Assembly (NCBI GenBank): GCA_947626415.1
Contig: CANQSA010000011.1
Span: 11,100-75,099 of the forward strand
DNA from: an uncultured Lachnospiraceae bacterium
GTDB lineage: Bacteria > Bacillota > Clostridia > Lachnospirales > Lachnospiraceae
Direction of reading: 5' to 3'
DNA: 64,000 nt
Positions within the stretch are counted from its first letter, which is position 1; each line of letters starts with the position of its first letter. Shown here one piece after another: positions 26,321 through 35,027 of this stretch. Below the pieces are notes generated by a model. It was not told the origin of the DNA and did no database searches. It was given only the letters and a program-made list of their open reading frames with translations. The position numbers and the translations under genes are program-made.

Positions 26321-28732
26321 CTATAATTCCAGAATCCGGTCGCTGACTGCCTCGATCACCTTCCGGTCATGAGAAATGAATAAAATCGCCAGCTTCCTTT
26401 CTTTCTGCAGCTTCAGCAATAATTCCAGTACCTGCGCGCCCACTGTCGCGTCCAGTGCGGACACCGGTTCGTCCGCGATCACAAATTCCGGATTTAACAT
26501 AAGCGCCGCCGCAATGCTCACCCGCTGCCGCTGTCCGCCGCTCAGCGCGCTCGGAGAACGCCAGGCAATTTCCGGCGCAAGTCCCACCTGTTTTAACATC
26601 TGCGCTGTGCGCTGCGCCATAGCTTCCCGCTTTTTCCGGCCCGGTTCCGGCCACCAGGTTCCCTTCTGATACGCGATCCGAAGCGGCTCTTCTAAGATCC
26701 TGCCGACGGTCATCACCGGATTCAGGGAACTGTACGGATCCTGGAATACCATCTGCGGCTGTTTTGCTTTACAGGAAATGCTCCCTTCATAGCCCTTATG
26801 CAGTCCCAGCACCGCCATAGACAATGTTGTTTTCCCGCATCCACTCGGGCCTGCGACGCCCAGGATCTCGCCTTTGCGTACGGAAAAATTCAGATCCTTC
26901 TGCACATACCGTTTCCTCCGGTTTCTGCCGTAATACAGCGCACAGTGCTTCACTTCCAAAATCGGCTCTCCTTCAACCCGTACCGGCTGCTTTACCGGAA
27001 GTCTGGTCGCCGCCAGCAGCTGTCTGGTATACGTTTCTTTCGGATTTTGGAATATAGCTTCCGCAGAGCCCCGTTCTACAATCCTGCCGTTATGCAGAAC
27101 CAAAATCGAGTCGCAGATGCGATTTACCACTTCCAGATCATGAGAAATCAGGATCAGCGCCGTTTTCTGCTGACTGCAGAGCCGCTGCAGCAAAGTCAGG
27201 ATCTGCTCCTGCACTCTGGCGTCCAGCGCCGTGGTCGGTTCATCCGCGATCAGGACAGCCGGTTTACAGATCATCGCCATCGCGATCATAACCCGCTGCC
27301 GCATACCGCCCGAAAGTTCGTGCGGGTATTTGCCGCAGATCTGCTCCGGTTCCGGCAGTTCTGCCATAGACAGGGCTTCCAGTACCCGCTGATGCCGTTC
27401 CCGCCGGCTCAGCCCGGTGTGGAGCCGCAGCACTTCTTCTACCTGCGTTCCGATCCGTTTTACCGGATTTAATGAAGTCATGGGCTCCTGATAGATCATG
27501 GCGATCTGCTGCCCCTGATACCGCTTTCTCTGCTTTGCGGACAAGGCAAACAGATCGACCGGCCCGTTTTCCGTCTGATACCAGACATGACCGCTGTATG
27601 CCGCCTCTTTTGGCAGCAGCCCCATAATACTCAGCGCTGTCATGGATTTCCCGGAGCCGGACTCTCCCACAATGCCTAACTGCTGCCCCGCATGCAGCGT
27701 GAAAGAAACGCCGTCTACCACCTTCTGCGCTCCAAACGCTGCCTGTAGATTTTCCACCCGAAGCAGCGACGCGGTTTCTTCATTTCCGGCTCTTCCCGCC
27801 GCAGATTCGGCAGCCTTCGGAATCCGTTCTTCCGCTGCCTCCGCCGCCTTCAGAATTTCTATTTCTGCCATCTGATCGTCCGGCTGCGGCCGGTATCCGC
27901 CCCGTAACCGGCTGCCGCCTTTGGTGCTTACCATAACCACGCTCATTACCATAAGAACTACCGTCAGCGCCGGAAACAGACAGTACCACGGCGCGCTCAT
28001 CAGATATCCCTGAGACTCCGCCAGCATCCGCCCTAAACTGGCGTCCGGCGGCTGTACGCCCAGTCCCAGATAACTCATACTGGATTCCGCCAGCACCGCG
28101 TTGTTAAAGCCGACCACGATCGCGGACAACAGAGTTCCCCGCACATTGGGCAAAATATGTACCAGGATGATCCGTGCGTGAGACGCTCCCATCAGTCTGG
28201 CGCTTTTCACAAAAGCCTGATGGCGCAGTCCGATAAACGCGCTGCGCACTACTCTCGCATAACTGGGGATAAATACGATGCCCAGCGCCAGGATCAGCTG
28301 TGCCGTTCCGGTTCCCAGCAGACTGACGATCACCAGTGCCAGCAAGATACTGGGAAATACGGTCAGCGAGTCATTGATCCGCATCAAAATCTCATCGATC
28401 CAGCCGCCGAAATATCCGGTCAGCGCGCCGACTGCCGTTCCGATCACGGTTCCGATCAGGATCGTGGACGCGGAGATCACAAAGGTCGTCCGCATGCCTA
28501 CCAGTACCCGACTAAAAATATCCCGTCCGAAATTATCGGTTCCCATCCAGTGTGCCAAAGAAGGCGTGGAAAACCGTTCCGCCGCAGACATGGCGTTGGG
28601 ATCATACGGCGTTCGGAAAAAACTGACGCATGCCAGCAGCGCCAGCGCGCCGATCAGACATACGCCCAGCCAGAAGCTGAACCCATGCGCCTGTGTCCGT
28701 TCGATTCGATTTTTCCTGCTCGCTTTCGACAT
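26321..28732 (-). CDS. Fused peptide/nickel ABC transporter protein: DppC-like permease plus two ATPase domains
   Basis: About 285 aa of BPD-type permease, then two Walker A sites (GESGSGKS, GPSGCGKT) and two signature motifs (LSGGMRQR, LSGGQRQR) in a single 803-aa ORF. Confidence 0.85.
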   Translation of the reverse strand: MSKASRKNRIERTQAHGFSFWLGVCLIGALALLACVSFFRTPYDPNAMSAAERFSTPSLAHWMGTDNFGRDIFSRVLVGMRTTFVISASTILIGTVIGTAVGALTGYFGGWIDEILMRINDSLTVFPSILLALVIVSLLGTGTAQLILALGIVFIPSYARVVRSAFIGLRHQAFVKSARLMGASHARIILVHILPNVRGTLLSAIVVGFNNAVLAESSMSYLGLGVQPPDASLGRMLAESQGYLMSAPWYCLFPALTVVLMVMSVVMVSTKGGSRLRGGYRPQPDDQMAEIEILKAAEAAEERIPKAAESAAGRAGNEETASLLRVENLQAAFGAQKVVDGVSFTLHAGQQLGIVGESGSGKSMTALSIMGLLPKEAAYSGHVWYQTENGPVDLFALSAKQRKRYQGQQIAMIYQEPMTSLNPVKRIGTQVEEVLRLHTGLSRRERHQRVLEALSMAELPEPEQICGKYPHELSGGMRQRVMIAMAMICKPAVLIADEPTTALDARVQEQILTLLQRLCSQQKTALILISHDLEVVNRICDSILVLHNGRIVERGSAEAIFQNPKETYTRQLLAATRLPVKQPVRVEGEPILEVKHCALYYGRNRRKRYVQKDLNFSVRKGEILGVAGPSGCGKTTLSMAVLGLHKGYEGSISCKAKQPQMVFQDPYSSLNPVMTVGRILEEPLRIAYQKGTWWPEPGRKKREAMAQRTAQMLKQVGLAPEIAWRSPSALSGGQRQRVSIAAALMLNPEFVIADEPVSALDATVGAQVLELLLKLQKERKLAILFISHDRKVIEAVSDRILEL

Positions 28733-28781
28733 CCGCGTTTCTCCTCTTTTTCTTAGCGCGCACCGGCCGCAGAGTTCTCCA

Positions 28782-29735
28782 TTATACCGCTTCCCGGCTT
28801 CTCGGATCGATAAACCGGTACAAAATATCCACCAGCAGATTGATGCCGATGACCAGTACGGCGATATACATAACGATCGCCTGCACCACAGGATAATCCC
28901 TGGCGCTGATTGCCGTGATCAATGCGCGGCCCATACCCGGCAGATTAAATACCTGCTCCACCACCAGACTGCCCGCCAGGATTTCCGCTACGATCACGCC
29001 CAAAACCGTGCTGACCGGCATCAGCGCGTTTTTCAGTACATGGCGAAACAGGATCCGGTTCTCGCCCGCACCCTTTCCTCTGGCAGTCCGCACATAATCC
29101 AGATGCATCTGCCCGCTGATCTCACTTTTTAAAAATTTGACAACCATCGCCGCTTTGGGAATCGCGATTGCTGCCGCCGGCGTGATCAAATACGCCAGAA
29201 ATCTGCTGAAATTCTCCTTATAGGAGACATAGCTTCCGGGCGTGAACCATTCGATGACGATCCCGAACAGATACACAAACAAAATGCCGATCACAAAGGA
29301 CGGGATTGCCATAACCGCCTGATTTCCGGTATCAAACAAACCGGTCCCGTTCTTTTTGCCGAAACGGGCCCCCAGAATTCCGATCGGGATCGAAGTTATA
29401 AGGATCATGGCAAATGCCAGCAGTCCAAGCGTAACCGTCACCGGCACCCGTTCCTGAAGCAGATCCGCTACAGTCATATTGTGCTGATAATACTGATAGG
29501 ATATCCCCAGATCGCCCCGAAGCAATCCGCCCAGCCAGTCCACATACCGTTCCATTACCGGCCGGTCAAGCCCCAGCTGTGTCCGCAGCGACGCAATCTG
29601 TTCCGGCGCCGCGTCCGTCCCCAGCAGATTCGTCGCCGGATCTCCGGGGATAACCTCAAACGCAAAAAAAGTCACAAAGGAGACCAGCAGCAGCGTTAAA
29701 ATAACCGTTATGATTTTTTTTCCGATAAAACGCAT
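28782..29735 (-). CDS. Peptide/nickel ABC transporter permease (DppB/OppB-like)
   Basis: 317 aa with a typical N-terminus (RFIGKKIITVILTLLLVSFVTFF) and EAA-loop region. Confidence 0.9.
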   Translation of the reverse strand: MRFIGKKIITVILTLLLVSFVTFFAFEVIPGDPATNLLGTDAAPEQIASLRTQLGLDRPVMERYVDWLGGLLRGDLGISYQYYQHNMTVADLLQERVPVTVTLGLLAFAMILITSIPIGILGARFGKKNGTGLFDTGNQAVMAIPSFVIGILFVYLFGIVIEWFTPGSYVSYKENFSRFLAYLITPAAAIAIPKAAMVVKFLKSEISGQMHLDYVRTARGKGAGENRILFRHVLKNALMPVSTVLGVIVAEILAGSLVVEQVFNLPGMGRALITAISARDYPVVQAIVMYIAVLVIGINLLVDILYRFIDPRSREAV

Positions 29736-29984
29736 GGCTGGTGTCTCCTTTCTATATTTAATAGTTATCTAAAGTATATAACAATTATCTAAAATCTTTA
29801 CTTTGTTGATTTAAAAGATTTTGGAGCAAGTGACTTACAAGCCATGGAGATGAGACGCTCAAATCGTGGAAGCCTTTGCTGAACACGATTTTGGTTTGGA
29901 AGCGGCTCATCGGAATGATTGGCTTGACGGAGCTTGCGGAAAAATTTTTTGAATCAGCTTATAAGTATGATTTTACAGATTTTA

Positions 29985-31553
29985 TTACTGCAAGTAAACC
30001 GTCGACATATCCTGTACGAACAGAGGATAAAATTCATATCCTTTCACATTCTTGCCGACGGCGACCAGTTTGGCCGGATCCTGCAGGAATACGGAAGCGG
30101 CGTCGTCTGCCAGGATTTTCTGCGCCTGCTTATACAGGGTTTCTTTTTCGTCCTGCTTGATGGTAGCAATGGCTTTTGCCAGTACCTCGTCGTATTCGTC
30201 GCTCTTGTAATTACACATATTCTTGCCGTATTCGGACTGGTAACGCAGCATCAGATCCTTGGGGGCCAGCGTAGAATCCACGCCGATCACGGTGGCTTCA
30301 AAGTTTCGGCCCGCATATACGTCGCTTACCCAGGTATTCCAGTCAATGGCGTCGATTTTCATGGTAACGCCGATTTCCTTTAACTGCTCTACGATCACCT
30401 GTGCCGTATCCATGTGGAACTGATAATTGGACGGCACCCGTACCGTAAATTCAAATCCGTTCGGATATCCCGCCTGCGCCAGCAGTTCCTTCGCCTTTTC
30501 GGTATCATGCGGGTAGGTATTGACGATATCCGCGTTAAAATAGCTCTTCAATCCGGGATAGAGGTTGCTGCCGATCAAGGTTCCCTTGCCGCCCGCTACC
30601 ATATCCAGGATCATCTGGCGGTCAATGGCGTAACACAGCGCCTGCCGCACTTCCTTTTTGTTAAACGGCTCTTTTGCGTTGTTTAAATACAGTGCCTGCA
30701 CCAGATTACTGGTTCCGTAAAGGATATCCATATTATCCAGTTCCTTTGCCTGCGCGTCGGTCAGATACGGGTAGAGATCGATCGCGCCTGCTTTCATATC
30801 CATCAGGACGGAATCCGTATTCGCAACCACCCGAAATTCCACCTGATCCAGATAAGGCACGCCTTTCTGCCAGTAATTCTCATTTTTCTTCATAACGATA
30901 TTCTGCCCGGCCGTATAAGAAACAAAACAAAAAGGACCCGTTCCTACCGGTTTGGCTGCCTGTTCCTTATAATCCTTCGGTAAAATGGCGACTGTCAGAC
31001 AACTGATAAATTCTGAATCGCCCTCCGATAATACAACCTCTACAGTAGACGCGTCCTTAATATTAACTTCCTTCACTGCTTCCAACCCATCCTGTAACGG
31101 TTTCCCGTCTTCGGAAAGGATTCCCGCGCAGCGTTCCACGGAATATTTCACGTCCTCTGCTGTTACCGGCGCGCCATTGTGGAATGTCACTCCACTGCGC
31201 AGTTTAAATGTGTACACCGTGCTATCCTCTGATACATCATAGCTTTCGGCAACGGCAGGAACCAGATCTCCTTCACGATTGGGCTTTACCAGGCCCTCAA
31301 ACATGTTAAACAGGACTTCCATTGTTCCTGCCCCGACTGCTAAATGGGGGTCAAGACTGTCCAGGTCTTGTTGGATCCCGACTACGATATTTCCACCGTA
31401 TTTCGGTTCTCCCTGTGTATCATCGGAAGCGGTCGTCGGGCCCGCCGTATTCGCTCCTGTTCCTTCCTTGCCGTCTCCGCATCCGCAGAGTACAACAGTC
31501 AGTACCAGCAGCAGGGCAGCTGCCTTCACCTTAGACAAAATGCTTTTTCTCAT
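29985..31553 (-). CDS. ABC transporter substrate-binding lipoprotein, family 5 (peptide/nickel)
   Basis: Lipobox LCGCG and the family-5 SBP pattern throughout. The start is preferred at MRKSIL (SD AAGGAG) rather than the track start at 31571. Confidence 0.9.
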   Translation of the reverse strand: MRKSILSKVKAAALLLVLTVVLCGCGDGKEGTGANTAGPTTASDDTQGEPKYGGNIVVGIQQDLDSLDPHLAVGAGTMEVLFNMFEGLVKPNREGDLVPAVAESYDVSEDSTVYTFKLRSGVTFHNGAPVTAEDVKYSVERCAGILSEDGKPLQDGLEAVKEVNIKDASTVEVVLSEGDSEFISCLTVAILPKDYKEQAAKPVGTGPFCFVSYTAGQNIVMKKNENYWQKGVPYLDQVEFRVVANTDSVLMDMKAGAIDLYPYLTDAQAKELDNMDILYGTSNLVQALYLNNAKEPFNKKEVRQALCYAIDRQMILDMVAGGKGTLIGSNLYPGLKSYFNADIVNTYPHDTEKAKELLAQAGYPNGFEFTVRVPSNYQFHMDTAQVIVEQLKEIGVTMKIDAIDWNTWVSDVYAGRNFEATVIGVDSTLAPKDLMLRYQSEYGKNMCNYKSDEYDEVLAKAIATIKQDEKETLYKQAQKILADDAASVFLQDPAKLVAVGKNVKGYEFYPLFVQDMSTVYLQ

Positions 31554-31660
31554 CCTTTTGTCTCCTTCCATATGATATTGTCGCGTATTGAAACGCCTTC
31601 CTCATTCTATACAAAAAAATCAGAAAATGCAAGCCGCATTTTCTGACTTTCTGCTTTTCG

Positions 31661-32518
31661 CTATGCTCCATGCCCGTTTTTCTTCCAAAATTCCTCGATC
31701 TTGGGATCCCGGATATCCTTTTGGATCATGGATTCGTTTTTTTTCAGCAAAATATGTTCCGGTCTGTAAAGCGGTTTATAGAACCGCTCCCATCCATTTT
31801 CTCTTTTCTGATCGGAAACCGAGAGCGACCATCCGTTTCCCAGATCCACGCTGTAACTGCCCTGTGCGGTTCCCTCCGCTGCCAGAGTAGAAAATTCCTC
31901 ATAACATTCAAAATCCCGCCAGACCAGATCTGTTTTCCCAAACAGAGACCGGACCTCGTCCATGGTCATAGATTTTTGGTGCGCTTCCAGGAAATCCAGC
32001 AGGATCGACCGGATCGTCTTCACATCTGCCTGCAGGTATGGGACAAGCCCTTCGCTGTCTTCTTCCATATAAATCTTACCATTATCTTCCCCCTGAAAGC
32101 TGCGGTCGTTAACGGTAATCCGCCAAAGCTCTTTTGTCTGCGTTTGTTCCTTTTGAACTTGCTCCGGTTCTGCGGACGCCGCATCCGTCATTGAAACCCG
32201 GTCCATTTCTTCCCTAAATATCCGGATCAGCTCCGGATCGGAAAACGACATACTTTTCCGCTCGGCCGAATAAGAAATCGTGTCGATCCAGACGTACTCC
32301 CATTCGCCGGTTTCCGGAGCCGCAAGCTCTGAAAATCGCCGGTTATACACCGACAGGATCTTCTCATTTTCCCATTCCCTGGATTCCTGCGCAAGGCCGG
32401 TATATACCGCCACGCTTCCCGCGATCACAAGAAAGATCACGGCCAAAAAAATAAGGATCCGATTACTCTTCCTGTGTTTATTTTTCTGTAGCTCCATCAG
32501 GTCTTCAAATTCATTCAT
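31661..32518 (-). CDS. Hypothetical N-terminally anchored protein
   Basis: 285-aa ORF with one TM helix, lying downstream of the ABC ATPase gene; no recognised family. Confidence 0.55.
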   Translation of the reverse strand: MNEFEDLMELQKNKHRKSNRILIFLAVIFLVIAGSVAVYTGLAQESREWENEKILSVYNRRFSELAAPETGEWEYVWIDTISYSAERKSMSFSDPELIRIFREEMDRVSMTDAASAEPEQVQKEQTQTKELWRITVNDRSFQGEDNGKIYMEEDSEGLVPYLQADVKTIRSILLDFLEAHQKSMTMDEVRSLFGKTDLVWRDFECYEEFSTLAAEGTAQGSYSVDLGNGWSLSVSDQKRENGWERFYKPLYRPEHILLKKNESMIQKDIRDPKIEEFWKKNGHGA

Positions 32519-32559
32519 CGCGTATACTCCCCCTTCTGCGGACGCGATTCTGCTCCTCC

Positions 32560-33219
32560 CTATGCCTTTTTCAGCATCAGAACCGCATCCGCATAATCCT
32601 TAACCGCGTCATTGTGTGAAATGACAATGACCATCTTTCCACTCTCTGCCAGTATCTTTAATGTTTCAAATATATTTTCCTCATTTTTCTCATCCAGGTT
32701 GCCGGTCGGTTCATCCGCCAGAATAATCTCCGGATTGTTTGCCAGCGCCCGGGCAATTCCTACCCGCTGCTGTTCCCCGCCGGACAGCTCACTGGGATAC
32801 CGGTCTTCATATTCTTCTATATGAAATTGCCGCAGCAGTTCTCTGGCGCGCTGCCGTTTCTTTTCCCGGTTTGCTTTCCCGCTGTATTCCGGATGAATGT
32901 GCATAGGCACCATCACATTTTCCAATACGGTCAGCTTCGGATTCAGGAAAAATTCCTGAAAGACGAATCCAAACGTCATCAGCCGCATGTCCGCCCGTTC
33001 TTCTTCCCCCTGCAGGGCAAGCGGCACACTATCCAGCCGGATCTCCCCCGAGGTCTTTTCATCCAGTAATCCCAAAATATGCAGCAGCGTGGACTTTCCT
33101 ACTCCGGAAGGTCCCATTACCGCGTAAAATTTACCGGATTCAAAGGTATAATTAAAATCCTTCAGTACATAATCTTTTCCATTATACGTTTTTGCCAGAT
33201 CTGCGATCTCCAGTTTCAT
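32560..33219 (-). CDS. ABC transporter ATP-binding protein, MacB/LolD/FtsE-like
   Basis: Walker [10 protein letters not shown], signature LSGGEQQRV, Walker [12 protein letters not shown]. There is no adjacent permease gene. Confidence 0.9.
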   Translation of the reverse strand: MKLEIADLAKTYNGKDYVLKDFNYTFESGKFYAVMGPSGVGKSTLLHILGLLDEKTSGEIRLDSVPLALQGEEERADMRLMTFGFVFQEFFLNPKLTVLENVMVPMHIHPEYSGKANREKKRQRARELLRQFHIEEYEDRYPSELSGGEQQRVGIARALANNPEIILADEPTGNLDEKNEENIFETLKILAESGKMVIVISHNDAVKDYADAVLMLKKA

Positions 33220-33280
33220 CCGCCTGCCCTCTCTTTCTTCTTATTTCTACTCACGCCTCGGCGATACAAATTACAATTTT

Positions 33281-33360
33281 ATTGTAGCAGATTCTGAACG
33301 TAAAACAAGCCGCTCGACACAAATTTGGGACGAACGGCCTGTTTTTTGGGACGAATGAAC
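33281..33360 (-). promoter_or_regulatory. Promoter/operator module, right (inverted) copy
   Basis: On the minus strand: TTCGTCCCAAA at 33355-33345 and 33334-33324 (21-bp period), TTGTTT, 16 nt, TACAAT (33286-33281). The internal spacings are identical to the left copy. Confidence 0.6.
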
Positions 33361-33385
33361 ATGGAAAGGCTATTTTAATCGAATT

Positions 33386-34342
33386 TCAGTTCTCAAATAC
33401 GTCTATTCGCTCTTCCATAAGAGCAGCAAAGCGTTCTTTCAGGTGTTCCGGCAACAGGGAGCTGCCGCACATTGCAAGAAAAGTTTCTTTTTTAGAAACA
33501 AGCATTGCAAGCATTTTCTCAGCAGAACTGCGTGCAATTCCACATTTATCTGCAAACACAAGAAAATCCTTTTTGCGGATATTCGTCTTTTTTCCGTTCA
33601 TAGGAAGCGCAAACTGCTCTTTATCTTCAGGCATAATAACATTCACAGGAAGCAGATCATATGCAGGAGAAAGCACATAGTTTCCATTTCCTTCCTCTGT
33701 TTCAATGAGAGAAAAGTTCTTCAGATGCATATCGGAATTGCCGACAAGAAACGAAAACGCCAACCGCAAAAAAAATTCCGCCCTGTCCAGTCCGCTGCGA
33801 AACGAATATTGGTCGATAATTTTAACACACCGCTCATAAGAGCCGCGGTACTTATCCTGCGTTAAACGCAAGTCAAGCTGGCAAAAATCCTCCATTGCAA
33901 GCATTTGCATTTTATCTTTATCAAAGATACGGTCAATCCGTTTCGTAATATAAGCAAGTCTGTCATTTTCCATAATGAGCGCATGCGGCACCGTAGAAAT
34001 ACCCGCAGCGTCCGCCATACTCATAACCAACTGTTCTGCTTCCGGCAGCGATTCAAATTCTGCCACCTGCGGCTTCAAAATATATCCGGTCGGGTAATTG
34101 ACTAAAGTAAGCCGCGGACGGTGGCCCTGCCCCGAGAACAGATGCAGAGACAGCTTTTTTTGAACACCGGGAACTGTATATCCCTTACTTGTACTTTCAG
34201 CAGCAATAAATTCCAGTGTTTTCTCATCAATGGTTATTTCCGGCAATTCAGCTGTACCGAAAAACTTCCTGATACAACTTTTATGCCATCCTGCCTGTGT
34301 ATTCTTCGAATAAAGTGGTTTCCCACAGCATAAACAATTCAT
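33386..34342 (-). CDS. hipA: HipA-family Ser/Thr kinase toxin, core kinase only (HipT-like length)
   Basis: PGVQKKLSL Gly-rich loop, GNSDMHLKNFSL catalytic motif, 318 aa. It has an N-terminal CCGKPL...WHKSC Zn-ribbon-like segment. The start overlaps the upstream stop (ATGA). Confidence 0.85.
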   Translation of the reverse strand: MNCLCCGKPLYSKNTQAGWHKSCIRKFFGTAELPEITIDEKTLEFIAAESTSKGYTVPGVQKKLSLHLFSGQGHRPRLTLVNYPTGYILKPQVAEFESLPEAEQLVMSMADAAGISTVPHALIMENDRLAYITKRIDRIFDKDKMQMLAMEDFCQLDLRLTQDKYRGSYERCVKIIDQYSFRSGLDRAEFFLRLAFSFLVGNSDMHLKNFSLIETEEGNGNYVLSPAYDLLPVNVIMPEDKEQFALPMNGKKTNIRKKDFLVFADKCGIARSSAEKMLAMLVSKKETFLAMCGSSLLPEHLKERFAALMEERIDVFEN

Positions 34343-34668
34343 ATGCGATCCTCCCTAATCTGAACATTGCCGATCCCATCCTTACAGGCGACAAGCAGGA
34401 GCCCAAAACGATCTCCGGGATCGATCTTCCAGTTCCGGCTTACTACGCCAAGCAGCCAGCCTTCCGGGATCAGGCCATCAAAAAATGAAAACAGGGTTTT
34501 TGATGTATAGGATTCGCTGCTAAGCGGTAAGGTAAGCGAAACGGCGCTGGCTCCGTCTCTGCGCAGATATTCCGCATCATAGGAAAAAGAATATCCCTCA
34601 TCGGTTTCGCAGAGTTTCCCGGCAAATACGCCACGTACATATACATAAGCACTTCGAAAAACATCCAT
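34339..34668 (-). CDS. HipA N-terminal-subdomain protein (HipS-like)
   Basis: 109-aa standalone ORF resembling the HipA N-terminal coupling domain (VYVRGVFAGKL...FFDGLIPEGW). It is translationally coupled on both sides. Confidence 0.75.
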   Translation of the reverse strand: MDVFRSAYVYVRGVFAGKLCETDEGYSFSYDAEYLRRDGASAVSLTLPLSSESYTSKTLFSFFDGLIPEGWLLGVVSRNWKIDPGDRFGLLLVACKDGIGNVQIREDRI

Positions 34669-34871
34669 TATTTTCCATCCTTTCTTCCCGGGACAACTTC
34701 CATATCAAACATGCCAAGAGCAGCATTGACCTTATCCATGCGAACGGTTTCCTTTCCCTGTTCGAGTTCCCGAATAAAACGCAGTCCGAGGCCGGAACGT
34801 ATAGCAAACTGCTCCTGCGTCAGTCCCGCAGCTTTTCGATTTTCTTTAACAAATTCGGCAATCCGATTCAT
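34668..34871 (-). CDS. hipB: XRE-family HTH protein (HipB-like)
   Basis: LTQEQFAIRSGLGLRFIRELEQGK HTH. The start is placed at MNRIAEF (34871, SD AGGAAGTGAG) because the promoter and operator occupy the upstream part of the track ORF. Confidence 0.75.
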   Translation of the reverse strand: MNRIAEFVKENRKAAGLTQEQFAIRSGLGLRFIRELEQGKETVRMDKVNAALGMFDMEVVPGRKDGK

Positions 34872-34905
34872 AACAATCTCACTTCCTAAAATATTTCTTT
34901 TCATG

Positions 34906-34934
34906 ATTTTACACCCTATCGGGTATGATTTCAA
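34906..34934 (-). promoter_or_regulatory. Candidate promoter of the hipB/S/A operon
   Basis: On the minus strand: TTGAAA (34934-34929), 17 nt, TAAAAT (34911-34906). The spacer is occupied by one arm of the inverted repeat. Confidence 0.5.
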
Positions 34935-34970
34935 GAGGGTTTCTCATGATTATACCCGATAGGGTGTAAA
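34908..34970. promoter_or_regulatory. Pair of operators: 19-bp perfect inverted repeat, each arm with an internal ACCC-N4-GGGT palindrome
   Basis: TTTACACCCTATCGGGTAT (34908-34926) and ATACCCGATAGGGTGTAAA (34952-34970). The palindrome centres are 41 bp apart. Confidence 0.7.
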
Positions 34971-35027
34971 CTTGTTTTGTTGTTTTATTTTTTTCTTCTT
35001 TTTTATGAATACGAATTTCCCTTGCCG

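Noticed and set aside
29876-30383. Plus-strand ORFs 29876-30160 and 29934-30383 as genes in the importer spacer
   Set aside because: They have no SD and mostly overlap the substrate-binding protein gene on the opposite strand, and their translations look non-protein-like.
23721-33360. Inverted 80-bp repeats as the ends of a transposon or other mobile element
   Set aside because: No transposase, integrase or recombinase gene lies in or near the block, and I saw no target-site duplication. The repeated sequence contains -35/-10 elements at fixed distance from two start codons, so a duplicated promoter is the simpler reading. Recombination between the copies remains possible.
34908-34970. 19-bp-stem hairpin as the intrinsic terminator of the AI-2E transporter gene
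   Set aside because: On the transcribed (minus) strand the stem is followed by AUCAUGAAAAG, not a U-run; the T-rich tract lies on the wrong side. One arm sits in the spacer of a promoter, and each arm is itself palindromic, which fits an operator pair.
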